A stretch of DNA of 64,000 bases, taken from positions 14,872 to 78,871 of the forward strand of contig JAJZYM010000002.1 in the NCBI GenBank assembly GCA_021798115.1, in the 5' to 3' direction. The translations under genes and the position numbers were made by a program. Below are positions 41,099-50,851 of this stretch, in pieces (positions within the stretch are counted from its first letter, which is position 1; every line of letters starts with the position of its first letter). Source of the stretch: Pseudomonadota bacterium (GTDB lineage Bacteria; Pseudomonadota; Gammaproteobacteria; JAKAQQ01). The notes beneath the pieces are model-generated. The model was not told where the DNA came from and did not search any database. It saw only the letters and a list, made by a program, of their open reading frames with translations.

Positions 41099-41161
41099 CG
41101 GTCCGGCAACCAACGGCGGATCTTGAAGTCCGCGGCCGACCCGACATCGTGGAGAACGACC

Positions 41162-41359
41162 GTGCCCAAACTCAAAACGAACCGTGGAGCGGCCAAGCGC
41201 TTTCGCGCCACCGCGGGCGGCTTCAAGTGCCGCGCCTCGCACCGCAATCACATCCTGACCAAGAAGCCGTCGAAGCGCAAGCGCCAGCTGCGCCGTCCCG
41301 ATCACATCGATCCGACGGACGTCGGGCGCCTGCGCCCGCTTCTTCCCTACGTCCGCTGA
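41162..41359 (+). CDS. rpmI: 50S ribosomal protein L35
   Basis: [35 protein letters not shown]... with a GTG start. Confidence 0.85.
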   Translation: MPKLKTNRGAAKRFRATAGGFKCRASHRNHILTKKPSKRKRQLRRPDHIDPTDVGRLRPLLPYVR

Positions 41360-41371
41360 GGAGGTCCGAGC

Positions 41372-41737
41372 ATGGCACGCGTCAAGCGCGGGGTCCAGTC
41401 CCGGGCCCGTCACAAAAAGGTTCTCGAGCAGGCCAAGGGCTACTACGGCGCCCGTAGCCGCACGATCAAGGTGGCGCGTCAGGCCGTCCTCAAGGCCGGC
41501 CAGTACGCCTACCGCGACCGCCGCCAGCGTAAGCGGCAGTTCCGTGCTCTGTGGATCGTGCGCATCAACGCCGGGGCCCGCGCGTCGGGGCTCTCGTACA
41601 GCCGCTTCATGAACGGTCTTGCGCTGGCGGGTGTGTCCCTCGACCGCAAGGTCCTGGCCGAGCTCGCCTACGATCGTCCGGAGGATTTCGCGCGCCTGGC
41701 CGAAGAGGCGAAGCGCGCCCTCGACGAACGCCGCTGA
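41372..41737 (+). CDS. rplT: 50S ribosomal protein L20
   Basis: [30 protein letters not shown]... Confidence 0.95.
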   Translation: MARVKRGVQSRARHKKVLEQAKGYYGARSRTIKVARQAVLKAGQYAYRDRRQRKRQFRALWIVRINAGARASGLSYSRFMNGLALAGVSLDRKVLAELAYDRPEDFARLAEEAKRALDERR

Positions 41738-41764
41738 AAGGCGGCGGCGTCCGGGCTCGAGCCT

Positions 41765-42835
41765 GTGGACACACGCACGCGCGGCCCGTCCGACGACGGT
41801 GGGACCGAGGAGGAGGAGCTCCGCTCGTTTCTTGAACGCGTCCGCGCGGCTCCCTCCCTTGAAGACCTCGAGAGCGTCCGGGTCGCTCTTCTCGGCCGCC
41901 GCGGGCTTCTGAGCGAGAAACTCCGCACCCTCGGCGCTCTTCCGCCGGCAGAGAGGGCCGCACGGGGGGAGCGTCTGAACGGCTTCCGCCGGGAGTTCGA
42001 GGGGGCGCTCGCCGCCCGGCGCCGGGCGCTCGAGGAGAGCGCACGCGAGGGGCATCTTCGGGCGGCGGCGGTCGATGTGACGCTCCCCGGCCGCGGCCGC
42101 CGGCCGGGGAGCGTCCACCCTCTCAGCCGGGCGATCGACGACATCCTCAGGCTCTTTCAGGCCCGGGGGTTCGTGCCGGTCGACGGCCCGGAGATCGAGG
42201 ACGAAGAGCACAACTTCACGGCTCTCAACATCCCGCCGGAGCACCCGGCACGGGCGCTCCACGACACTTTCTATGTCCCTGGCGGGAGCCTTCTCCGCAC
42301 ACATACGTCCCCCGTCCAGATCCGTTCGCTCGAGGACGAGGGACCACCTCTGCGCGTCCTCGCTGTCGGACGCGTCTACCGGCGCGATGCGGACGTCACG
42401 CACATGCCGATGTTCCACCAGGTCGAGGGGCTCTGGGTGGACGAGGGGGTGAGCTTTGCCGTGCTCAAGGGTCTTCTCACCGATGTGCTCCAGGAGTTCT
42501 TCGCCCGCGAGCTTCCGGTCCGTTTCCGCCCCTCGTACTTCCCGTTCACCGAACCCTCGGCCGAAGTGGACGTGGGCTGCGTCTTCTGCGACGGGAAGGG
42601 TTGCCGGGTGTGCAAAGGAAGCGGCTGGCTCGAGGTTCTCGGCTCGGGGCTCGTCCATCCGGCGCTCTACCGCCGTCTCGGGATCGATCCCGCGCGCTGG
42701 TCGGGCCTGGCCTTCGGTCTCGGAGTCGAGCGGCTCACGATGCTGCGCGATCGGGTCTCGGACATCCGCTACTTCTACGACAACGATCTCAGATTTCTCC
42801 GCTCACCCGGCGGCGAGAGCTACGTATGCGACTGA
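41765..42835 (+). CDS. pheS: phenylalanine--tRNA ligase alpha subunit
   Basis: Class-II motifs (FTALNIPPEHPAR, GLAFGLGVERL). GTG start. Confidence 0.9.
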   Translation: MDTRTRGPSDDGGTEEEELRSFLERVRAAPSLEDLESVRVALLGRRGLLSEKLRTLGALPPAERAARGERLNGFRREFEGALAARRRALEESAREGHLRAAAVDVTLPGRGRRPGSVHPLSRAIDDILRLFQARGFVPVDGPEIEDEEHNFTALNIPPEHPARALHDTFYVPGGSLLRTHTSPVQIRSLEDEGPPLRVLAVGRVYRRDADVTHMPMFHQVEGLWVDEGVSFAVLKGLLTDVLQEFFARELPVRFRPSYFPFTEPSAEVDVGCVFCDGKGCRVCKGSGWLEVLGSGLVHPALYRRLGIDPARWSGLAFGLGVERLTMLRDRVSDIRYFYDNDLRFLRSPGGESYVCD

Positions 42836-45216
42836 GCCTCGGCTGGTTGCGCGAATGGGTCGATTGGGGCGGGGACGAGGGGCAGCTCCTCGAGCTCCTG
42901 CCCCTGCGCGGCTTCGAAGTCGAATCCGTCACGCCGTTCGCGGTGGCCTTCCGCGGCGTCCGTTTGGCCCGCATCGTCCGCGCGGAACCTCTCGCGGGGC
43001 GTGAGGGGGCGCTCTTCGAACTCGATCACGGCGCGGGGGATCACCCGCGGGTGGTGAGCGGTGATCCCCGTCTGGCTCCCGGCGACTGGGTGGCCTACGC
43101 CCCGCCCGGAGCGGTGGTGGCCACGGGCGAGGTCCGTCCGCGGGCGATTGGCGGCGTGACCTCGGAGGGCATGCTCACCTCGTGGTCCGAGCTCGGCCTC
43201 GGACGCGAGCACGACCGTGTGCTCGTCGTTCCCGATCCCGGAGCGCCGCCCGGGACGCCGTTTGACGCTCTCCTCGGGGTGGGTGAGACGCTGGTCGAAC
43301 TTGCGGTGACCCCCAACCGCGGGGACTGCATGAGCGTCCACGGTCTCGCGCGCGAGATCGCGGCCCTCTTCCGCGTGCCGCTCCTCCGTCGCCCGCCTCC
43401 GCCCGTCGCGGGACCGTGGCTCGAGGATCTCAGGATCGAGGACCCCGAGGCCTGCTCGTGGTTTGGGCTCTTCCCCGTCTCCGGTGTGCAGCCGCGCCGT
43501 CTCTCGCTTCGCCGAAGGCTCAGGCTCGAGCAGGCCGGTGTCTCCTCGCAGCACCCCCTCGTCGATCTCACCAACTACGTTCTTCTCGAGTTGGGCGAGC
43601 CGCTTCACGCTTTCGACGCCGCTTCGCTCGCCGGTGGAGTCCACGTCCGCTGGGGGCGGGAAGGGGAGACGCTCGAGCTCCTCGGCGGCGAGCGTCTCGC
43701 CTTGGGCTCCACGCATCTTGTCGTTGCCGACGAGACGGGTGCCCGTTCGCTCGCCGGTGTCCTCGGAGGCAAGACGAGCGCCCTCGGTGAAGAGACGCAA
43801 ACGGCCTGGGTGGAGGCGGCGCATTTCCGTCCCCGTGCCCTCGGGCGGCGTCCGGAGCGGCTGCGCATCGTCACCGACGCGGCACAGCGCTTCGAGCGGG
43901 GGGTCGACCCGACCCTCCCCCCGGTGGCGCTCGCGCGCTTCCTCGAGCTTCTCCGGGAGGAAGGCGTCGGGACCCTCGGCGGCCCGATACGCCGCGCGGT
44001 GGGGCGAGAACCCGAGCGCCGGAAGATCGTTCTTCCCGTGGGCGAGACGGGACGCCGTCTCGGGTGCGAGGAAGACGCTCTCGACATCCAGGCGCAGCTC
44101 GAGGCCCTCGGACTCGAACTCCGCGTCGGTCCCGAGGGTTACCAGGCACTTGTTCCGACCCACCGTTTCGATCTCGAGGAACCCATGGATCTCGTCGAGG
44201 AGGTCGCGCGCCTTTACGGTTACGAGAACATCGCTCCCGTCACCCCCAAGGGCCGCCTGGCCGCCGAGGCCGTACGCGACCAGACACCGCGCCACCGGCT
44301 CGAGGAGCGGGTGCGTCGTTTCCTTACGGCGCGCGGGTATGACGAGTGCCGTCATCTCGCCCTTGTCGACCCCGAATCCCTGAAGAGTCTCGAACCGGAG
44401 CTCGATCCCGTCGTCCTCGAGAACCCCCTTTCGCGCGAAACTGCGGCCCTTGCGACGACGCTCTGGAGTCGTCTCCTCCGCACCGCACGGGAGAACCTCC
44501 ACCGCCAGCAGGAGGCGGTACGGCTTTTCGAGATCGGCACCGTCTTCCTCCCGCAGGGGGCGGAGGTCGAGGAGCGCCGCGTCCTGGCCGTGCTGGGGAC
44601 GGGTGCGGCGTGGCCCGCACGCTGGTGCCATGAAAAGCGGCCCTACGACTTCTACGATCTCAAAGGCGATCTCGACGATCTTCTGCGCGTTCTCGGTGGT
44701 CGTGACGGTGAAGCGAGCCCAAATGGTTATTCCTGGAGCGCGGGACGGCATCCCGCGCTCAATCCTTACGCCTGTGCACGCCTGCGTCTCGGCGACCGGG
44801 ACGCCGGTCTACTCGGCTCCCTCCATCCCGAGCAGGCGAAAATCTTCGACCTGAACGGTGGCGTCTTCATATCATCTATTGAAATCAACAAGTTATATGA
44901 TATTCATCAATCTTTTTATGAAGACCCGCCACGTTATCCCATGGTCGTTCGTGATCTCGCTTTCGTGCTTCCCGCAGAACGAACGGTGGGGGACCTCGTG
45001 GGCCTCTTGCGCGCCGAGGGCGGCGGGATTTTGCGCACGGTCGAGGTCTTCGACGTTTATTCGGGCTGCGAATTGCCTGAAGGGCGGCGCAGCATCGCCG
45101 TCCGCTTGACGTGCGCCGACACTCGTGGCACTCTATCCGACGACAAAGTCGCGCAGCTCCTTGCGCGTCTCGTCAAGGTTGTGGAAGGGGGGCTTGGTGG
45201 CCAAGTACGTCGATAA
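42826..45216 (+). CDS. pheT: phenylalanine--tRNA ligase beta subunit
   Basis: MRLSLGWLREWV... tRNA-binding domain, B3/4 and B5 domains, and a C-terminal FDX-ACB domain. It overlaps pheS by 10 nt. Confidence 0.9.
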   Translation: MRLSLGWLREWVDWGGDEGQLLELLPLRGFEVESVTPFAVAFRGVRLARIVRAEPLAGREGALFELDHGAGDHPRVVSGDPRLAPGDWVAYAPPGAVVATGEVRPRAIGGVTSEGMLTSWSELGLGREHDRVLVVPDPGAPPGTPFDALLGVGETLVELAVTPNRGDCMSVHGLAREIAALFRVPLLRRPPPPVAGPWLEDLRIEDPEACSWFGLFPVSGVQPRRLSLRRRLRLEQAGVSSQHPLVDLTNYVLLELGEPLHAFDAASLAGGVHVRWGREGETLELLGGERLALGSTHLVVADETGARSLAGVLGGKTSALGEETQTAWVEAAHFRPRALGRRPERLRIVTDAAQRFERGVDPTLPPVALARFLELLREEGVGTLGGPIRRAVGREPERRKIVLPVGETGRRLGCEEDALDIQAQLEALGLELRVGPEGYQALVPTHRFDLEEPMDLVEEVARLYGYENIAPVTPKGRLAAEAVRDQTPRHRLEERVRRFLTARGYDECRHLALVDPESLKSLEPELDPVVLENPLSRETAALATTLWSRLLRTARENLHRQQEAVRLFEIGTVFLPQGAEVEERRVLAVLGTGAAWPARWCHEKRPYDFYDLKGDLDDLLRVLGGRDGEASPNGYSWSAGRHPALNPYACARLRLGDRDAGLLGSLHPEQAKIFDLNGGVFISSIEINKLYDIHQSFYEDPPRYPMVVRDLAFVLPAERTVGDLVGLLRAEGGGILRTVEVFDVYSGCELPEGRRSIAVRLTCADTRGTLSDDKVAQLLARLVKVVEGGLGGQVRR

Positions 45217-45523
45217 AGAGTTGCCGTCCCTCACCAAGGCGCAGATCGCCGAGGAGATCCATCAGCGGATCGGCCTGAGCAAGAAGGAGTGTCTCGAGAT
45301 CGTGCAAGGTTTCTTCACGGCCCTCGCCGATTCGCTCGAAGAGGGCTACGCGATCCGCATCTCGGGCTTCGGCAACTTCACCCTTCACGACAAGGGCCCA
45401 CGGCCGGGACGCAATCCGCGCACGCTCGAGGAAGTCCCGATTGAGGCCCGTCGGGTCGTCGTCTTCCACGCTGGACAAAAACTGAGAAAACGCGTTGATG
45501 GTTATGCTGCAAAACGGAAATAA
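45197..45523 (+). CDS. ihfA: integration host factor alpha subunit
   Basis: ...LTKAQIAEEIHQRIGLSKKECLEIV...GFGNFTLHDKGPRPGRNPRTLEEVPIEARRVVVFHAGQKLRKRV. GTG at 45197 is preceded by GGAAGGGGGG. An alternative TTG at 45221 is possible. Confidence 0.85.
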   Translation: MAKYVDKELPSLTKAQIAEEIHQRIGLSKKECLEIVQGFFTALADSLEEGYAIRISGFGNFTLHDKGPRPGRNPRTLEEVPIEARRVVVFHAGQKLRKRVDGYAAKRK

Positions 45524-45866
45524 TGCGAACGACGGTCTCCCGCCGATACCGGCGCGGCGCTACTTCACCATCGGGGACGTGAGCCAGCTCTGCGGCGTCA
45601 AACCCCACGTCCTTCGTTATTGGGAACAGGAGTTCCCCCAGCTTCGTCCCGTCAAGAGACAGGGCAACCGCCGTTACTACCAGCGTCAGGACCTCTTGCT
45701 CGTGCGCCAGATCCGCGCCTTGCTGTATGATGACGGCTATACGATCGTGGGAGCACGGCAGAAACTCGAAGGAACGGAGGCGCAGAAGGACCGCAGCCAA
45801 AGAGCCCAGCTCGCCCGCGAGCTTCGTCTCGAACTCGAGGACGTGCTTCAGATCCTCCGCCGCTGA
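45495..45866 (+). CDS. MerR-family transcriptional regulator (conserved ihfA-downstream regulator)
   Basis: YFTIGDVSQLCGVKPHVLRYWEQEF HTH. It occupies the same position as the MerR-like gene between ihfA and tRNA-Pro in pseudomonads. The start could be 45495, 45498 or 45504. Confidence 0.75.
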   Translation: MMVMLQNGNNANDGLPPIPARRYFTIGDVSQLCGVKPHVLRYWEQEFPQLRPVKRQGNRRYYQRQDLLLVRQIRALLYDDGYTIVGARQKLEGTEAQKDRSQRAQLARELRLELEDVLQILRR

Positions 45867-45885
45867 GGCGGGTCGGAACGAACAT

Positions 45886-45962
45886 CGGGGTGTAGCGCAG
45901 CCTGGTAGCGCACCTGCATGGGGTGCAGGTGGTCGGAGGTTCAAATCCTCTCACCCCGACCA
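45886..45962 (+). tRNA. tRNA-Pro (anticodon GGG)
   Basis: Manual cloverleaf: acceptor CGGGGTG/CACCCCG, anticodon stem CCTGC/GCAGG with loop ATGGGGT, T-loop TTCAAAT, CCA encoded. Confidence 0.85.
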
Positions 45963-46209
45963 ATCAACAATCGGAATCGATAGGTTGAAGAACAGGCCCG
46001 GCCTTGCCGTCCAGGGCTGCCCCACGGTCCTCGAAGTGCCTGACGATGTCCTGCGCGACCAAGCTCAAACGCTTGTCCGCGCCCCCCAAGGTCTCGACGG
46101 TAGCCCGCTTCGGCTTGGTGCGGCGCGTGAGGACTCAGTGGTGATCGAGCGTGCGCAACGGATCCCGCAGTACGCTTTCGGCCTCGGCCTCCGACAGAAA
46201 CGCCATCGT

Positions 46210-47207
<998 letters not shown>

Positions 47208-47211
<4 letters not shown>

Positions 47212-47684
47212 AATCCGCGCTCCTTGAGAAAGGTTGCGGCGTCGTTGATGCGGATGGCGCCGGAAATCAGCTTGGGCAGTAGGGTGTCACGGAGTTCGGC
47301 GAGGGAGCGGGACTCGCATTCGCTTTCTGCCGGCTGTCGATATAGGGAGCCGTGCAACTCGGTGAAATTTGTCAGCCCCGAATCAGAAGGGACCGCGACT
47401 CCAATAAGCCGAAGGTTGCTCTTAATGATCTCAAGGAGCGTCGAGCCGTTGGCATGACCGACGACGGCATCCGTGTTTTCCTTGCACCAGTGAAGAACGC
47501 AGATGTTGGGCAGGATAGCGTCGCGTTTCACATCGCGATGAAGCCTTGATTGATCCCTGTCGGCACTTCGGCAATCGCCAAACAGCCGATGGGTGCCCGT
47601 AAAACTGATCCCGCTCGTGGCATCCCGCCGCGCGGTATCGGTATGCCGGATCTTTCCCTTGCCTTCATACGCTGGGGGCGTCAT
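47208..47684 (-). CDS. hypothetical 158-aa protein whose C-terminus resembles the HsdS C-terminal motif (possible gene remnant or chimera)
   Basis: It ends ...[24 protein letters not shown] believe the LLPKLxSGE motif is typical of type I R-M specificity-subunit C-termini, but I could not verify this from memory. It overlaps the fic end by 20 nt and the rhuM start by 4 nt. Confidence 0.35.
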
Positions 47685-48747
47685 GTTCAGCTCCGCTGAG
47701 AATGTCGAAGAGCGGCTGGTTGATGTAGTAGTTGCTGCGGCCGATCTTGCGCTTGCGCAGAGTGCCGTCGGTCACGAGCGCGTCGAGGTATTTGGTGGCG
47801 GTCAGACGCGAGACGCCCAGGTCTCTCTGGATGAATTCGATCTTTGTGTAGGGGTGGCTGAACAGGTTGTTGATCAGGTCCTGACTGTAAAACTTGTGCC
47901 GTGCCCGGATGTGCTGCTTGGTCTTAAGCAGAAGCCGCTTGATGGCCTGAAGGGTGCCGATGGTCTCGGCCGCGGTCTGTTCGACGGCGGTGAGCATGTA
48001 CAGCACCCAGTCCTCCCAGGCGTCGCGGGCGCGAACCTCTTGCAGCAGTCGGTAGTAATCGGCCTTGGTGCGCAGGATGTGGCGGCTCAAGTAAAGTACG
48101 GGAATGTCGAGCAGACCTTCCTTGACGAGGTAGAGGACATTGACGATGCGGCCCGTGCGGCCGTTGCCGTCGTAGAAGGGGTGGATGCTCTCGAACTGGT
48201 GATGGATCAGCGCCATGCGGATCAGCGGGTCGGCATCGAAGGGCGGCTGGCCGTGCCAGAAGCGCTCGAGTTCCCCCATCAGCCGTTCGACCTCGCGGGC
48301 ATCCTGGGGCGGTTCATAAATGGTGCGGCCCGCGCCATCCTTGAGCACGGTGCCGGGCAGTTTGCGCAGGCCAGCACGGTTGGTTTCGATCTCGGCCTGG
48401 ATGTCGAGCACGGTGTTGAGGGTGAGCAGCCCGGTACTGCGCACGCGCTCGAACCCCGCACGCAGGGATTGCCGGTAGCGCAACACTTCCCTGGCCGCTG
48501 GATCGGCTTGGTGGGGCGCGCCTTCCTGGTAGAGCTTATCGTGGCTGGTGACGATGTTTTCGATCGCCGAGCTGTCCTTCGCCTCCTGCAAGGATAGGGT
48601 GTTGATCAAAATGCCCTGATTGGGGATGGTGACCGCCACGCCTTTGAGCTCCGCCAGGTTGCGGCTGGCCAGCGCCAGTTTTTTGAGAATGGTCGGAATT
48701 TCGAAGCGGTGCGCGTCGAGGGTGTGAAGTGGAGGCAGCGAGGTCAT
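47665..48747 (-). CDS. fic: Fic family protein (AMPylase-type, class II with intramolecular inhibitory motif)
   Basis: [12 protein letters not shown] canonical Fic motif, an N-terminal SSAIEN ([ST]xxxE[GN]) inhibitory helix motif, and a C-terminal winged-HTH-like tail. ATG 48747 is preferred over the upstream GTG 48795. Confidence 0.8.
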   Translation of the reverse strand: MTSLPPLHTLDAHRFEIPTILKKLALASRNLAELKGVAVTIPNQGILINTLSLQEAKDSSAIENIVTSHDKLYQEGAPHQADPAAREVLRYRQSLRAGFERVRSTGLLTLNTVLDIQAEIETNRAGLRKLPGTVLKDGAGRTIYEPPQDAREVERLMGELERFWHGQPPFDADPLIRMALIHHQFESIHPFYDGNGRTGRIVNVLYLVKEGLLDIPVLYLSRHILRTKADYYRLLQEVRARDAWEDWVLYMLTAVEQTAAETIGTLQAIKRLLLKTKQHIRARHKFYSQDLINNLFSHPYTKIEFIQRDLGVSRLTATKYLDALVTDGTLRKRKIGRSNYYINQPLFDILSGAEHDAPSV

Positions 48748-48765
48748 CGCGGTCACTCGTTTGTT

Positions 48766-48795
48766 GTGTATAGATAATATCGCTTTACTATACAC
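48766..48795. promoter_or_regulatory. perfect 8-bp inverted repeat (GTGTATAG-N14-CTATACAC) in the AT-rich fic upstream region, putative operator
   Basis: Seen directly, 19-48 nt upstream of the fic ATG inside an AT-rich promoter-like stretch. Confidence 0.45.
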
Positions 48796-49198
48796 GATTT
48801 ACCAACATGTTCAATATTCGCCCCATTGCTAGTCATGTCCTTCTCCTCTCAAAAGCCCATCTCCCGCAAATTGGCCTCGATCGCGGCATCCAGCCGTGCG
48901 GCTTCCTCGCGATGCTGCCGCCCTGCTGGGAGAGCCGCGCCATCTTTTCTGCGAAGGGCTCGCCGTCGTCCTGGCTACGCGATGCCGAGGAGGTGCGCGT
49001 TCTTTCGTGACCTACCTACGCCCGCCGAACTTCAGGCGATGGCCGATCGTTGGGCGGTCGTCGATAACCAGGCCAAGCGCTTGGCCGACCGGAACATCCA
49101 CGCACTTGCCGACATGAACCTCACGACCCTCGACCGGGTCACGCATTTTCTTGCGGCAACGGCCGCGACGGGCTGATCGCGCAACCTCGACGGCTCCG

Positions 49199-49741
49199 TC
49201 ATGAGGTGGGTGACCCCAGATCCGGTGTGGTCCCCGCTCGGTAACGGAGGTTCCCCGACGGCAACCAGGTGTGAATCGTCGCATGGTGTTCGGACCAGAA
49301 CGACCACACACATTTCGCCCAAGCGTGGACGAGATCGTGGTGTTCCTGTACCGTGCAGGCCTTTTGCACATCGGCGACCGTCCGCGCGTATGTCCCGACG
49401 GGCGGTGGCAACCAGCGATACTTCCCTTTGGCCTGGATGGCCACGCCGATGGCCTCGGTGGCACGGTGCATGTCGACGTCGTATTCCAGGATCAGACAAA
49501 GAGAGATCAGATGCACGGCCACCGATTGAATGCTCTGGGGGGAGGATCGACCCGGATGTTGAACGGCGTACGCATCGACCGTGAGTCGATGGATGTGCGC
49601 GTATCGGGGGTCCGTGTACTCGCGGGCAAGGACCTCGCCGTAAGCGGCCCAGCAACCCGCCGAGGATTCCATGTAACGGTGCACCGGGCCGTCGATGTCC
49701 TGGAACAGCGCGCCGCAGCCGGGGCAGGGAAGCTCTCTCAT
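49199..49741 (-). CDS. hypothetical protein, DUF5946-like
   Basis: 180 aa starting MRELPCPGCGALFQDIDGPVHRY... with a HPG...SP motif. The family call is from memory and not certain. Confidence 0.45.
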   Translation of the reverse strand: MRELPCPGCGALFQDIDGPVHRYMESSAGCWAAYGEVLAREYTDPRYAHIHRLTVDAYAVQHPGRSSPQSIQSVAVHLISLCLILEYDVDMHRATEAIGVAIQAKGKYRWLPPPVGTYARTVADVQKACTVQEHHDLVHAWAKCVWSFWSEHHATIHTWLPSGNLRYRAGTTPDLGSPTS

Positions 49742-49925
49742 ACGGTCTCGTGCAACTTTATGCAGGAGGGGGGACGATGATACCCCGCATCTGAGCGGAC
49801 TCAGGAGCTGGAGCGTGACACCGTTCGCCGGCTGGCCCTTAGAGGCTTTGCGTCCCTGGATCGACATCGGGGGCCTTGCCACTCCGAGAAGGCTGTGCCG
49901 CTCAGCCTGCGTCGCCGGCCCGAGT

Positions 49926-50834
49926 TCATCCGCCGCTCACGATCAGCACTCCGACGACCACGAGGAACCCCGCAAACACGCGCTTGAGAGCGGCTCCCGA
50001 GATCGCGTGGGCCGTGCGGACGCCCCAGGGCGCCGCCGCCGCGGCCGCCACGGCCGTGATCAAGGCGGCGGGAAGGTAGACGTCGCCCACCGTCCCCTCC
50101 GGCAAGGGGACGTGGGTCGTGTGTGTGGCGAGGAGATAGCCGGCTGTCCCCGCCAACGTGAGGACGAACCCGCAGAGAGCGCTTGTTCCCACGGCCTTCA
50201 CGGGACGCACGCCCAGGTTCAAGAGAAGGGGAACCGTCAGCGAGCCGCCGCCAATTCCGAGGACGGCGGAGAAGGCGCCGATGCCACCGCCGGCGACCAG
50301 AAGCCAGGGCGATCGCGGCACGCGATCCTCGTTTTCCACGGGCCGAGATTTCCCAAACGCCATCCGCCAGGCCATGAAGCCGCAGAAGAGTGCCAAAGTC
50401 CAGCGAAGGGCGGATTCGGGAAGATCGTCGGCGAGGCGCGCCCCGAGAATTGCGCCGAGGATCATGCCCGGAGCGAGCCACATCCAGCTCGACCAGACGA
50501 TGCTTCCGCGGCGAAGATGGGCGAGGGAGGAGGATGCGAAGGTGAAGATGATGCTGGTCAGCGATGTCGCGATCGCCACATGCATGACCACCGAGTGCGG
50601 GAAGCCGAGGGTCGGAAGGACCAGGCTCAGGGCCGCGACGACGAGAAGCCCCCCGCCGATGCCGAGGAGCCCGCCGAGATAACCGGCCGCGGCCCCGGCG
50701 GCGAGGAGAAGAAGAAAACCGGTCACCAAGAAAGACGCCTCGTCGGCAAAGGAGGATCGAGGGCGCCCCTCCGCTCCGTGTGCGGAGGGAGTGGCCTCGG
50801 AGGCCGGGCGTGCGGGTGGCTCCTTCCCCCGCAC
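49926..50834 (-). CDS. TauE/SafE family sulfite/anion exporter (DUF81)
   Basis: Two internal repeats with GxGGG motifs (LGGLLGIGGGLL and LGIGGGSLTVPLL) and about 8 TM helices. GTG start 17 nt after the POP stop. Confidence 0.65.
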   Translation of the reverse strand: MRGKEPPARPASEATPSAHGAEGRPRSSFADEASFLVTGFLLLLAAGAAAGYLGGLLGIGGGLLVVAALSLVLPTLGFPHSVVMHVAIATSLTSIIFTFASSSLAHLRRGSIVWSSWMWLAPGMILGAILGARLADDLPESALRWTLALFCGFMAWRMAFGKSRPVENEDRVPRSPWLLVAGGGIGAFSAVLGIGGGSLTVPLLLNLGVRPVKAVGTSALCGFVLTLAGTAGYLLATHTTHVPLPEGTVGDVYLPAALITAVAAAAAAPWGVRTAHAISGAALKRVFAGFLVVVGVLIVSGG

Positions 50835-50851
50835 GTCCGCCGCTTCGGCTG

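Noticed and set aside
48826-49176. 116-aa plus-strand ORF and other short ORFs between fic and the DUF5946 gene
   Set aside because: Low-complexity translations, no Shine-Dalgarno, and overlapping alternative-frame ORFs. These more likely represent decayed remnants.
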